A DNA stretch of 64,000 nucleotides from Geosiphon pyriformis uo1 (taxonomy: Eukaryota; Fungi; Glomeromycota), in NCBI GenBank assembly GCA_016748015.1, contig JAAOMT010000183.1:445877-509876 (forward strand), in the 5' to 3' direction. The position numbers and the translations under genes were made by a program. Positions 12,461 through 24,065 of the stretch are shown here, piece after piece. Within the stretch, counting starts at the first letter, position 1. Every line of letters starts with the position of its first letter. The notes beneath the pieces are model-generated. The model ran no database searches. It was not told the origin of the DNA and worked only from the letters and a program-made list of their open reading frames with translations.

Positions 12461-15400
12461 CTACACACCTATAATAATCTGTATACTACCTCTCAGACCA
12501 GAAAAGAAACTACATGGTTTCTGACAACTAAAGGTAACAGCAAAAAACTCAGTCATATCAAGCAACCTAATAACACCATCAGAAAACAAAGAAGACACAT
12601 CACGAGAAAGCCCAGACACAACACTATCATCTTGAACCAAACTAGTCTTTTCTATTATTACCCAGTGGCTAGATTGTACCAACCACACCCTAGCATAATG
12701 CAACTCCATGATAAATCTTACAAAATCAACAATCCAAGCAACAGCCAATTTTCAGTCATCAAAAACAAAACAAGCCTTCCTATATCACTCATCCAGCACA
12801 AACCCCTTGCAGACCAAAGCATACAACCTGACATTAATGGAATATTAAGATAGTACCTGCAACACAGCAGATAAAGAACAATCAAAAACACCAGCCAAAG
12901 CAGACTAATAAGCAGAAGCCACAGCCAAGATCTCATTGCAAATGTCAAATTCATAAACACAAGTAAAAGCATGGTCAAAAAACTCCACACCACCACACAG
13001 CAGACACAGCACACTAAGGTAATATCTATTATACAGCTTCTTTCTGACTGCTACCAGCAATCTCCTGTATACAGCTTTTATCATATAAGAGTGGAGTGTT
13101 GAAGACTTGCAACTAGTAAAACCAGCAAGCATATGAGAATCAGAATACCATACTCTTGCAGTAGCAACCCAGTTCACACAACCAACCATCACATTTGGAA
13201 CCACATCACAGCCAGAACCAGCTTCCCAATAAGCATGACAAACAGACCAAAAAATATTCTGGACAAAATGATGGGCATTACCAGAAACAGCAGTACCCTC
13301 AGCAACCAAAAAATGTTCACACACATTGGCCAACAGTAAAAAGGGAGACCCAGAGACAGCTACAGCAGCCAAGTTGGCTTTTACATTACCAGGAATCCCA
13401 GAATGGCCTTTAATCTTAGCCCAACTTACATTAAGATCCTTATCCCTAACCAAATTAAAAATATGATGCCTTTTAAGCCAGCATTGATTACAGAAATCAG
13501 GGGCAGCAAGAGACATCTCAAATACACATGTATTAATGGCAGCCTAACTGTCAAAATGCAACACCACAGTACTAGAAGAAGGGACACACTCCAAAAACAA
13601 AGCAACAGTCTGTAATTCAACCATAGTAGAAGACAAAAAGCCCCAAACCACAACACCAACACTCAGATCCAAGGCCAAAAAGTATGCAGTAGCACCACTA
13701 GCAACCTCAGCAGAGCCAGCATTCTTCAAGGACTCATCTGTATAAACTTCAAAAAAGCCTGACCAAACATTATACAATCCATCTTTTATAGCAAAAAACT
13801 CACTAGATCCCAATACATCCAATCCACATAGCTCTACAGAACCAGTAGTGCCAGATGATGAGAACTCTATACCCAGAAAAAACTCAGATGCAACCATAAA
13901 CTAATGAGGCACAGGACCACACGAATCCAATCTTTTCCAATGACGAAAAGTTTTCTAATCCAACAAGCCACTTTTCTTATCAAAAAGTCAATCACTAAAG
14001 ACAACATCAAAATGTTTGAGAGATTTAACCGAATCAAAATACAGAGACTTTCCAAGAATAGAAGACAAAGAAAAATGGCCAGAATTACAAAAAACAATAG
14101 AGAGATTGTTTGCCAAAAACAGCTCATTGTCCAAAAAGATCCTAACCAACCCAGCCAAAAAATTGTTCATTAGACTAACATGTAACCTGACAGAAAACTG
14201 CAAAGGGTCTAGAGAGGTCCAACCCAGAACTTGCAAATTCAAAAATCTATGACTGAACAAATGCTCTAGAATACCAGGAGCATTAGAAAATGTTATCAGA
14301 GCAGCCATCTTCCCTTCAGACTGCACCTACTCAAAAAGTTTCAGGTCATACAATAAGGGATAATGCAAAGCAGCATCAGAAAAGTCATGGAGAAGACAAG
14401 TTTTAGACCTAAGGCCCTTCCTAACCAATACATCCCACTTGTGACAAACATTAGAAGGGACAAACCTAAACTGAATACGATAGTTGACAATAGACTGCAA
14501 GACAGCCGAAACCAAATACAAGAACTGCTTATCTGTAATAGCCTTTTTAAGCACAATGTTAACAAAGAAACAAACATTAACATGAGCTTTGGCAACACTC
14601 GGTTTGGACAACCTCTCAGTAGACAAAAAGATATCCAGATAGCAATGTGCTTCGCCCTTCTTAATAATCAAAATAGGCTGTTCACAAATACTCAATAAAA
14701 CAACTTTAACACCCTGATTAATGGAAATAGCTACTGTCTTCTCACTGTTGATAGAAATATTATTGACCTCAAAAAACTCACTAGTAACATTCAAAGCATA
14801 CTGAATGAAGACTTAACAATTTCCAACCCAAATTGTATTATCAACAAAAGCACCAGCTGAAAAATATGAGGTGAAATTTCCACCATTTTCAATCCTTCCA
14901 GTCTTCGAAACAAACCTAGTGTTAATTTAATACCCACACAATTGTTTGTGCCTTTTGACTTTACACAAAAGAGGGTCATAAAAAATCCTCCACAGAAGTG
15001 ATAAAAAGACCTCATTCTGATCCAGTCCATCATGAACCTTATAACTACCAGACAAACCAAAATCAGTTATCATCCTGTTAACTCTGTCCTCGTGAATACT
15101 ACCAAAAAACTTAATGAATCTATCACACATCTTGATATGCCACAAGCTAGTTCTTAAATGATGCCACCCTACTAAATTGTAGACTTTCCACATGTCCTAC
15201 AGAATCAACCACACTTTCATATTCTTTTTAAGAACATCTTCAACTACTGACCTGACAGCAAACACCAGAGATTGTGTGAATGTACCCTTCAACACCAAAA
15301 AATTGTCACCTTAAGGCACATTAAACTTGCTACAAGCCACCGAAATATGATCAGACAGAATCTTAGAAAGAATCTTCCTGGCAGTTTCAATTAAAGCAAT

Positions 15401-17124
15401 GAGCTAAGTGTTCATAAAAGCCCCATCCCAGTTATAAGGCTTAGAAATCATTGAAACCCACATCCTTTTTCACAAAACAGGCACCAAACCAACAGCCAAA
15501 CACACATTTAATAGTTCCAACAGGCACTTTAGAGCCATCTTACCACTATGTTTTCACAGCTCATTCAAAATACCAGACAAACCAGCGACTTTGTCATCAA
15601 GCAGACTAAAAACAACTGGAAGCAACTCATCCATATTAACCACACACATAACACCAGAAAATGCATCATCCCAAACATATTTCAAAGACACATACTGATG
15701 GGCCCAAAAGTCAGAGAGCACTGAAAGCACTAAGCACTTTCTTGTCCATCCCTTCATAATCTTGTCCATATCCAACTTTACCTCCTTAGGTTCTAAAATC
15801 AGCTTATCATCAACCACTAAGTGATCCAATACCATCTTACAAAAGGGTTTGTTCAACACACTTTTGATCATACTACTTTTATCCAAACAGAAATTTTTTA
15901 TGCATCTCTCAATTGCTTTCTTAATAGAAGCTTCTTCAGCCAACCTTAACTCAAACATTTTTGACCTCCTGTAGTCTCTGCAGACCAATGACAAATGTTT
16001 AATAATAACTTCAGACTTTACATCTAAGCAGAATAACACATCAAAAGCATGAGCCTTGACATCATCCAAAGTTGACCACCTACTCACTAGACAATCAACC
16101 TTAGGCAAATCATCAGAACCAAACACTTTGATAATCTTGGTCATCAACAATTCCAAACCAAAAAACCTAGAAAAATGTTTGTTCTTCAAACACCTAAATT
16201 TGTTAAACCAATGTTTCAAAAACATTGCATCAGCAGATTCTACCACAGCTTCCTCCAAAACCACCCACATAGCATCCACATCCCCATATAATTCAGCACC
16301 AGAAAACAATTCACTCAACAACACAAGCTTGGCTGACAAAATATCTCTAAACTTGGCCCATTGAGCACAGTCAGCATTCTTGATTTTGAACTTCCAACAA
16401 TCCCTGTTTGCCTGTTTGTGCAAGCTGTTCAAATGAACATCCAGGAGCCCACCCAAGCCGACTGACACTATCATCACCCTGTGGTTAGTGTTAAAGAAAT
16501 CTGAGACTGAGGCAACCTTATGACCAGCAACAGCAGACAATAAGTTCCCACTAACAAAAATGTAATCAATCATTTTTTCAACCCCCTTTGAGTTGTTCCA
16601 TGTAGGAGTCCCAGCCAAACGAGAACCAACAAATGAATTGACCAAACCCAAATCCAAACAGAATTTGAAACTTGCACTTTTACCAGAACTATTTTCATTA
16701 AAGTCCCCACTCAAAACAACAAGAGAAAGTTAACTTCAGAAGCCTGGCCAAACCTGACCCCAGAAGAGACACCTGCATACAACCCCAAAAAAGTGACTGA
16801 AAGCTTGCTCTTAAACAAAAGCCAAATAGAAATAACCTGACCAGAAATCTCCTCCACCTTAGAAACATGATGAGCCAAAGAACTATCCATAATAATAGCC
16901 ACCCCAGTACCAAGAAACTCCTTATCCAAACCTAACGTAAAAACATGGACGCCATCAAACCTATCAGCAATCCAAAGTTTAATGCTAGAGCACAACTTGG
17001 TTTCTGTAACAAAAGACACCATATTGCCTGATTTTTTATGCCAACAGATAACATCACTTTGTTTAGCAGGAACAGTTAGATCACAAACATTACATATAGC
17101 AAACTTCCAAACCAGACTGCTTAT
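12461..17124 (-). pseudogene. LINE ORF2 (APE-RT-RNase H-Zn finger)
   Basis: ORF fragments contain ETKL, GDFNE, GLDQ, LLWRIFYDPLL, YTDES, KIKGHSG and CLLCGGVE..DH. Confidence 0.9.
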
Positions 17125-19079
17125 TGGGAAGATTAAGGGAGCAAAGAACCAGCACCAGCACACAAAAGATCTAATCTCGTCAAAACTGTACCAACAGAAG
17201 CATCCAAAGCTAACAATTTAGATTCTAAACCACCCACCTTGGTAGTTAAAACCTTAGAAACACTAGAACTAAAACCAGCATCTGACACATTAACAATTGA
17301 AGGGAGAGATTCAGAAGACGCCAACACACTATCTACAAGCATATCCAAGTTTGAGACCGACACCTTAGGCACAGTAACAGCTGGCAGAGAAACACAAGAG
17401 AGAGGTGCCAAAGGCACCAATTCAACACCATTCAATTTTCTTAAAATATCTGATACTTGATCTGCCAAAAGCTCCAAAGAGCATTCCAGAGCCATCAAAC
17501 AATCACTCAAACCAGAAACATCAGGAGGAGAAGACACCAATGACAATGGTTTCCCATCAGAAGACACACTAGCACCAGAAGAGACCAAAAAAACCACACA
17601 GGAAAGAGATCCACCAGCAACCTGAGCCCAAGTTTTGCCACCAAAAGAAACTGGACAAGTAATAAGAGCTTGCTTCTTCTTATATATGTTGGCTAATCAT
17701 ATCTGATTCTGAAAAATAACTACCCACTTACCACGAGCACCAGAACTTCCGCCCAAAGAACACTCTGTAGAGATATGACCAAACTGTTTGCAATGAGCAC
17801 AAAGGGCCAAAGAAAGGCCAGCCCAATACAAATTCATACTCTTATACACCAAAATAGACCCAATAGCAGCCAATTTAGATGTTTTATTACTAAAACACAT
17901 AACCGCACATCTATTACATACATATGAACTGGGATTACAGCCAATAAAACAAGTCTTCTCATCATATGATTCCAACAAATTAGAAAAATCATGAGCCATT
18001 GTACCAACTGGGAGAGTATAAAGCAATGCTTGATGTAAATCTCTGAAGACCCACAATTGTTTATCATCAATAGCTTTTGCCACACAAACAGAATTCTTTT
18101 TTAAGAGAACAGACTATTTAGCTGTGACCAAATCAGCTATCTCAGATAACTCAAACTCCACCAAAGCTTTTTGCCACAGACCAATCAATTGCATTTTGAT
18201 TGATACAATCTTGCCAAACTTAGAAAAAACAGATTCCACAACTGATTTGGGAAGATCGACCGGAATTTTTTTAACAACAATTACTTGATCTGAAATTTTG
18301 TTTACATGCCTGACATCATTATTTGCCACAAATTTCTCATGAATTGCCAATTTCCTAGCCCTTTTTAAACTTAACTCTGAAGTAAATGAAGATCTGATGA
18401 TTCCAGAAAATTTTAAGGGAGTCAACACCCCCCCAAAACCATCAATTCAATAAAAATTTTTTTTGACAGAAACTAACTTATCACCATTGGTTTTTCTAGG
18501 TACCGACAAAAGCTTAATATCTAAAGCATACAATTTCACTGGCTTAAAACTCTATTTTGCCTTAACATGTGACTTGGTAGACAATAACTGATTGGATCTA
18601 TCAAACTTAGGTGCCGGAAGCACCAACTCAGTATCATTGTCACTCAGAAAATAGAGAGAAAGCATTTTAAGTGGCTGTCCCAAGACATAAGTCTTAGTTC
18701 ACATTTTCTTTGAAGTAGCATTGTCCATTATGTCGTCAGTCTCAGAAACATTGAAGTCGACATAACTCATTTTTTCAGCCACTGTGTTTCTTAAATTCTC
18801 AATATCTAACATTTTACTTATACTGGATTCCTCATTTTTGACTTTGCTTCCCCAAGACACCTTTTGATTGTCAACACCCAAATGTAACAGAACAGTAGAC
18901 AGAGGGCCAGCCAACAAATCCACAATGCCGACAACAACTTCAGGTTTCTTAGCTTTCTTATATGATGAACTGCGAAAGTAGACACTCTCAACTTGCGCTT
19001 TCTTTTTGTTGTCTGACCAGGATTCTAACCCAATCAATCCAGAACCAAAGCCACCAGCAGAGAAGCCAGCCGGTTCTAT
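17121..19079 (-). pseudogene. LINE ORF1
   Basis: Homologous to 2268-4210 (FSKFGKIVSIK, LLYTLPVG, CAHCKQFGHISTEC). Start codon decayed to ATA. Confidence 0.85.
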
Positions 19080-22000
19080 AGCGACAAATAAATCAGAAAG
19101 GAGAGAAATAACTGTGAAAACTGAAGGTAGGAAAGAAAGGAAGAAATTATTTCTTCGATAAAGTTTTTGCTCTTGTTATAACCAAGGAATTGACAAGAGA
19201 AAGTTTTTATATTTGCTATTTGGTTTTATTAATTTTAAATTAAATTTAAAAAATAATATTAAGTTATTTTGTGTAAATTTTGCTTTTAAAATTTTTTTAG
19301 TTGTTGCTACCAAAATTTTTATTGGTAATTTTTTTTTTAATTATGTTTAAGATTACAAAGTTTTTTATAATAACTTTTGTTTTCTTTTTTCTGCTTTTAT
19401 TATGTTTTATATTATTTTTTTAGCATGTTTTTAATAATATTAAAAATATTTTTGGTATTTTTAATGTTGTTATTTTAATTAAATTAAAATTTGCTAATTT
19501 GTAATAATATATTATTTTTTATTTTAAGAACTTTTTTTTACTGTTACTGTTTTTATTAATTTGTTTGTATTAATTAAAAAAAAACAGTATTAAAATTTTT
19601 TTTGCTTAATTAAAAATTATTACTTTAAAAAATATTTTTAAGATCAATTTGGTTAATTTTTTTTGGCTGTATTGTTTTTAAAATTAATAATTTGATTTTT
19701 TAAATTAGTGGCTATATATACTTTATTTTTTATTTTTTTAATTTTTATTGTTGTTAATATTTTGTTGTTATAATATTTAAATATTTAAAAATTTTAAATT
19801 TAAGCATTTTAAAAATTAATACTTTGTATAAATATTATATCTAATAAAAAACTTCTAAATAATTAATATTGTTACAAATATTAAAATTCAAATTATTTAT
19901 TTTTAAATTATAAAATATATTTTTTTTAAGTTTATTAATAATTTTAAAACTTTTAATTTATCTTTTATTAATATAAAATCATATGTTAATGTTTTGTCTT
20001 TTTAATTTTTTTATTATTGTATTTTTGGCTGTTTTTATTGTTAATTTTGTAATTAATTTTAGATTAAATTTTTTGGAATTTCAAATTTCTAATTTGGTTG
20101 TTTTAATTAAATTTATTAATAAACTAATTAGTTTTTTCATTAAAAATTTATACAAAAATTTTAAAATAAAAAAATTTAATTATTATAAAATATATTACTA
20201 AAAATTTTGCTGGTTTTTTGATTCGTCTGTTTAAAAACATTGTTAGTTTTAAAACTAAAACAGAATTTAATATTATAAATAAAAATAATATAAATATTAT
20301 TAAAATATTTTCTTTAAAGAATAAAGATATTAATTATTTAATAACTTTATAACAAATAAATAATTGAGGGTTTGGGTGTGACCACTGGTGGTGAAACTGT
20401 TGTGGAAGCAGTGGTTTTCGATTCTACAGGTATCTTGAGATTGGAGAAAACATTGAACAATCTTTCAATTACAGTTATAAGCCTTTCGGCTAAAATGAAC
20501 AATACTGGTTCAGTTTCTACTTCTTTTCTTTCTTAATAAGTGATATGATCTGGAAAGTCATGACTTGTAATATTAAAAAAATGAACAATTCTGCAAAATA
20601 GGATGATATTATTCATTGGCATAAGAAAAAAAACAATCTAGTTTCTATTTTTACAGAGTCAAAGTTGAAAGAGAAAGTTCGCCTCTAAATTGTTAACAAA
20701 TTTGATAGTGTGCAGGTGTTTATCTCTGGTTTAGAATCTGGTTATTTAGGTGTTGGTGTTGTGGTTGTCATGAACTCTTCTTTGGTGACACATGTGTACA
20801 AAATTTCAGAAGTGTCTGGTTGGCTCCTGTCTATTAAGTTGCTTTTTAAAAATAATCTTTCAGTGTTAATTTTAGGGCTTTATACTGGTGTCTCTTTGGT
20901 GGTCCAGTTTTCTCAGACTGGTGATATCAACTCTCTTATTGTAAAGGCTGTTAATGAATCTTTTTTCATCATTCTTAGAGATGATTTTAATAAAGACGGT
21001 TTTCATAAGTGTGCAAGTTTCAAGAAATATCTGAATTTTGGTTTAGTTAATGCCTTGGGTGGGAGCTTTTGTGGGAAATTGCTGACTTGGTTCAATTCTC
21101 GAGGCATTGTCAGGACAATAAATTATGTGCTCATTTCTTTGAACTTGGTCAATGCAATGATAGATCGTAATGTGTTTGGTGTTGAAGAATACTTTGATAC
21201 TGATCATTAGGCTGTCTCAGTATTAGTGGGTTTAAGTGGTTTGCTCAATGTCTGATTAAATTTTGTTCACAAACAAGCAAATAAGGATCATTGGAAGTAC
21301 AATTGCAAAGGTGCGGATGATATTAAATGGGCCAAATTTAAGGATGATACAGTGGCGAACACTGCTATGTTACATGACAACTTTTTTGTGGCCAGAATGC
21401 ATTCAGACTTGGATGCAATATGGGTTGCTCTTCATAAAGTGTTATGTTTGTCTGCTGAAGCAGTTTTTAGAAAGAAATGGTTCAAAGACTATGATTACAT
21501 TTTTGTTGAGAAGTCATTCAAATTTTACAAGCTGGAGCTCTTAGTGTCAAAGTTAGTTAAGACATCTTATTTGGATTCTTTTGGAGATTTTATGTCCTTG
21601 CTTGACAAATGGAAAAGTTTGGATTCAGTTAATGCTTCTGTGGTAAAGTTTTTTTTTCTGTTAGATTCCTCTTTTGATGCTATTTAGTTAGTTTTGTCCA
21701 AAGTTAGGAAGTCATATCGCTTTTCCAAAATGTCAGAAGCAGAACGTATTAGGGAATTTAGAATCAGGTCAGCAATAGATAAGAGAATGAAAAGTTTCGA
21801 ATTAGATAAAAGTCATACTATTAGGAATGTGCTGGAACGTTTTTTTTACAAAGTGACTTTGGATTATCTGGTCATGGATAATAAATTGGTTTTGAAACCT
21901 GATCTGGTTAGAACCAAGATAAATGTAATTATGTAAAGATGGACTAGAAAGCACAATGTGGTTTTTATTGTCCCTGGTATATGGTGTCACCAATACCAGT

Positions 22001-23240
22001 CTTTGGAGTACATTTTTAATGACACTTTTTCTAATGTGATGTGCTCAATTGACTTCAATGAGATGTCTGGTGTTATTTCAAATCTGTCTAATAGAAAAGT
22101 GGCTGGTTTCTCTGGTATTTTAAATGAGTTAGAGAAACATTATAACAGGTCAGTTTTGGATATACTTTTGGTGCTTTTGAACTTTTGTTTGGATTGTGAA
22201 TCTGTTTCTGGACCTTGAAAAAAGGCTTGAGTGTCAATGATCTCCAAACTGTATGAGTAGGAGGATGTTCTCATGAACACTCATCCTATTGTTTTGATTG
22301 AGACAGCTCGCAAAATCTTTTCCAAGATTTTTTCAGACAGGATTTTTTTTGTGTACAGTAAGTTTAAGGTTCTTAGAGGGGATAATTTTTTTGTTCTAAA
22401 AGATATAACCACACAATCTTCTATTTTTGCTATTGGATTAATTATTGAAAATGTTTTGGAAAAGGATTGTGAGCTGTGACTGGTATTGCAGGACATATAA
22501 AAAGCTTATAATTCTGTTAGCTGGGAGCATTTTAGGAAAAGTTTAGTCAGAATAAAGATGTGTGACAAGTTCATTCAGTTTTTTGGTAGCATTCACAATG
22601 GTTGGGTTAACAGGTTTATGACAGATTTTGGATTGACTGATGGATATCAAGTGCATGATAAATTGGACTAAGGAGAGGTGTTTTCTCCTCTTCTTTGGTG
22701 CATATTTTATGATCCTCTTTTGTGTGAAGTCAAGAAACAAAAAAGTGTGTATGGATACAGGTTAGACTCTCGTTTCATGACCAGAACTGATCACTCTGAA
22801 TTTTGGGCTGGTTTGACTTCTTTTTTTGTTGCAAATGCTTTTGTTGATAACACTATTTGGGTTGGTAGCAGCCAGGCTGCTATACAACATATTCTCAATG
22901 TTATTAGTGAATTTTTTTGGATCAATGATATTTCAATCAATAATAACAAAACAGTAGCCATTCTCATTAATTGCAGAGTTTCTGAGCCTTGTTTGCTGAT
23001 CAGTGGTTTGCCTATTTTGATAGCCAAGAGAGAGAAGTCTTATCAATACTTGGGCATTTTTCTGTCTACTGAAAGTTTGTTGAGGTCTAGCTTGGCTAAG
23101 ACCCATCTGGATGTCCAGTTTTTTACCAATCTCATGCTAAGGAAGACTGTTTCTAACAAACAGTTTTCATATTTGGTGTTGGCAGTTCTTTATTCCATTG
23201 TTGCATACAGAACTCAGTTCAGTTTTGTTTCTATTAATGT

Positions 23241-24065
23241 TGTTACTCATAAAAAGAAAACAGATATAGAAAATAGCAGACCAATAAGAGAATAATATTT
23301 AGCACATGAGCACATTGCTCAGCAATATGAAGCAATATCAGAAATTATAACACATTGCTTAGCAATGTGGAGCAATATTAGAAAATTAGAGCACATTGCT
23401 CAGCAATGTGAGCATTGCTCAAGAAATCATAGCACATCACTTGGAAATGTGAGTGATCTTATAGAACATCAATTATATATATATAGTGGTAGCATTAGAA
23501 GTAGAAAAAGCAGAATTTTTTAGTTAGAAATCTTCTATTCACAAATATTGAATAAATAAATTATTTACCATCCAAATCTACTCTTCACTATCAACACTCT
23601 ATGTTGATAGCAATTGATACTTAATTACACTAGAACAATAGCTCTTGATCACAGTTATTGACAGATACTAACTTGTACATTGCCTTGGCTTATTTCTTTA
23701 TATTATTTCTTTTATTTTTTTGTCTTAATTGTTGTTATTACTAACTCTATTGAGGATTAACGCATGGGGTACTGACATCAGGATATAGCACTGATAAAAG
23801 ACCCAGAAATAAGGGTAGAACATTTGATTGAGGTTAGCTTACCAGGAGAAACACCAGCCATTATGCTAAAAAAGAAATTGACAAAACTGCCATTTTGGGA
23901 AGCTACAAATAAAACTATTACCACTGAATCTCTGTCCATTATACAAAGAACTCCACAACAAAATCTTCAGATAACACATCTTCAGATTCTATCATTGACA
24001 ACAGCTTTGAGCACCAAGTTACAGGTTTGCTATTTACTCTAACAACCAAATAATCACCTGTAACA
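23241..24065 (+). repeat. Solo Ty3/Gypsy LTR
   Basis: TGTTAC...GTAACA termini and 4-bp TSD ATGT. Removing it restores the LINE frame SINVCAKCD. Similar to 62877-63722. Confidence 0.93.
23311..23486 (+). promoter_or_regulatory. LTR U3 palindrome array and TATA-like box
   Basis: CACATTGCTnAGCAATGTG units with ~40-bp period, CCAAT at 23281, TATATATA at ~23474-23485. Confidence 0.55.

Larger units (their letters stand above)
12323..19205 (-). mobile_element. Full-length LINE (family A), degenerate
   Basis: Colinear with 2141-9024 and about the same length. Candidate TSD atttgctattt at 12312-12322 and 19211-19221. Confidence 0.95.

Noticed and set aside
3404-17460. Many antisense and alternate-frame ORFs over the LINEs (e.g. 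3829-4464, 5679-6167, 16056-16364)
   Set aside because: Shadows of the retroelement coding strand, with no independent motifs.
19930-20201. Hydrophobic ORF 19983-20201 and a faint HMG-box-like reading on the minus strand
   Set aside because: F/I/L/K/N composition is expected from AT decay, and there are too few informative residues.
23311-23452. CRISPR-like look of the ~40-bp palindromic repeats
   Set aside because: The intervening sequences are themselves repeated, the array lies inside an LTR, and there are no cas genes.
23824-24042. ORF in LTR U5 ending STKLQVCYL (also 63477-63698)
   Set aside because: The shared block tgaatctctg is read in different frames in different LTRs and the frame is broken in B. 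The conserved end is explained by the hairpin.
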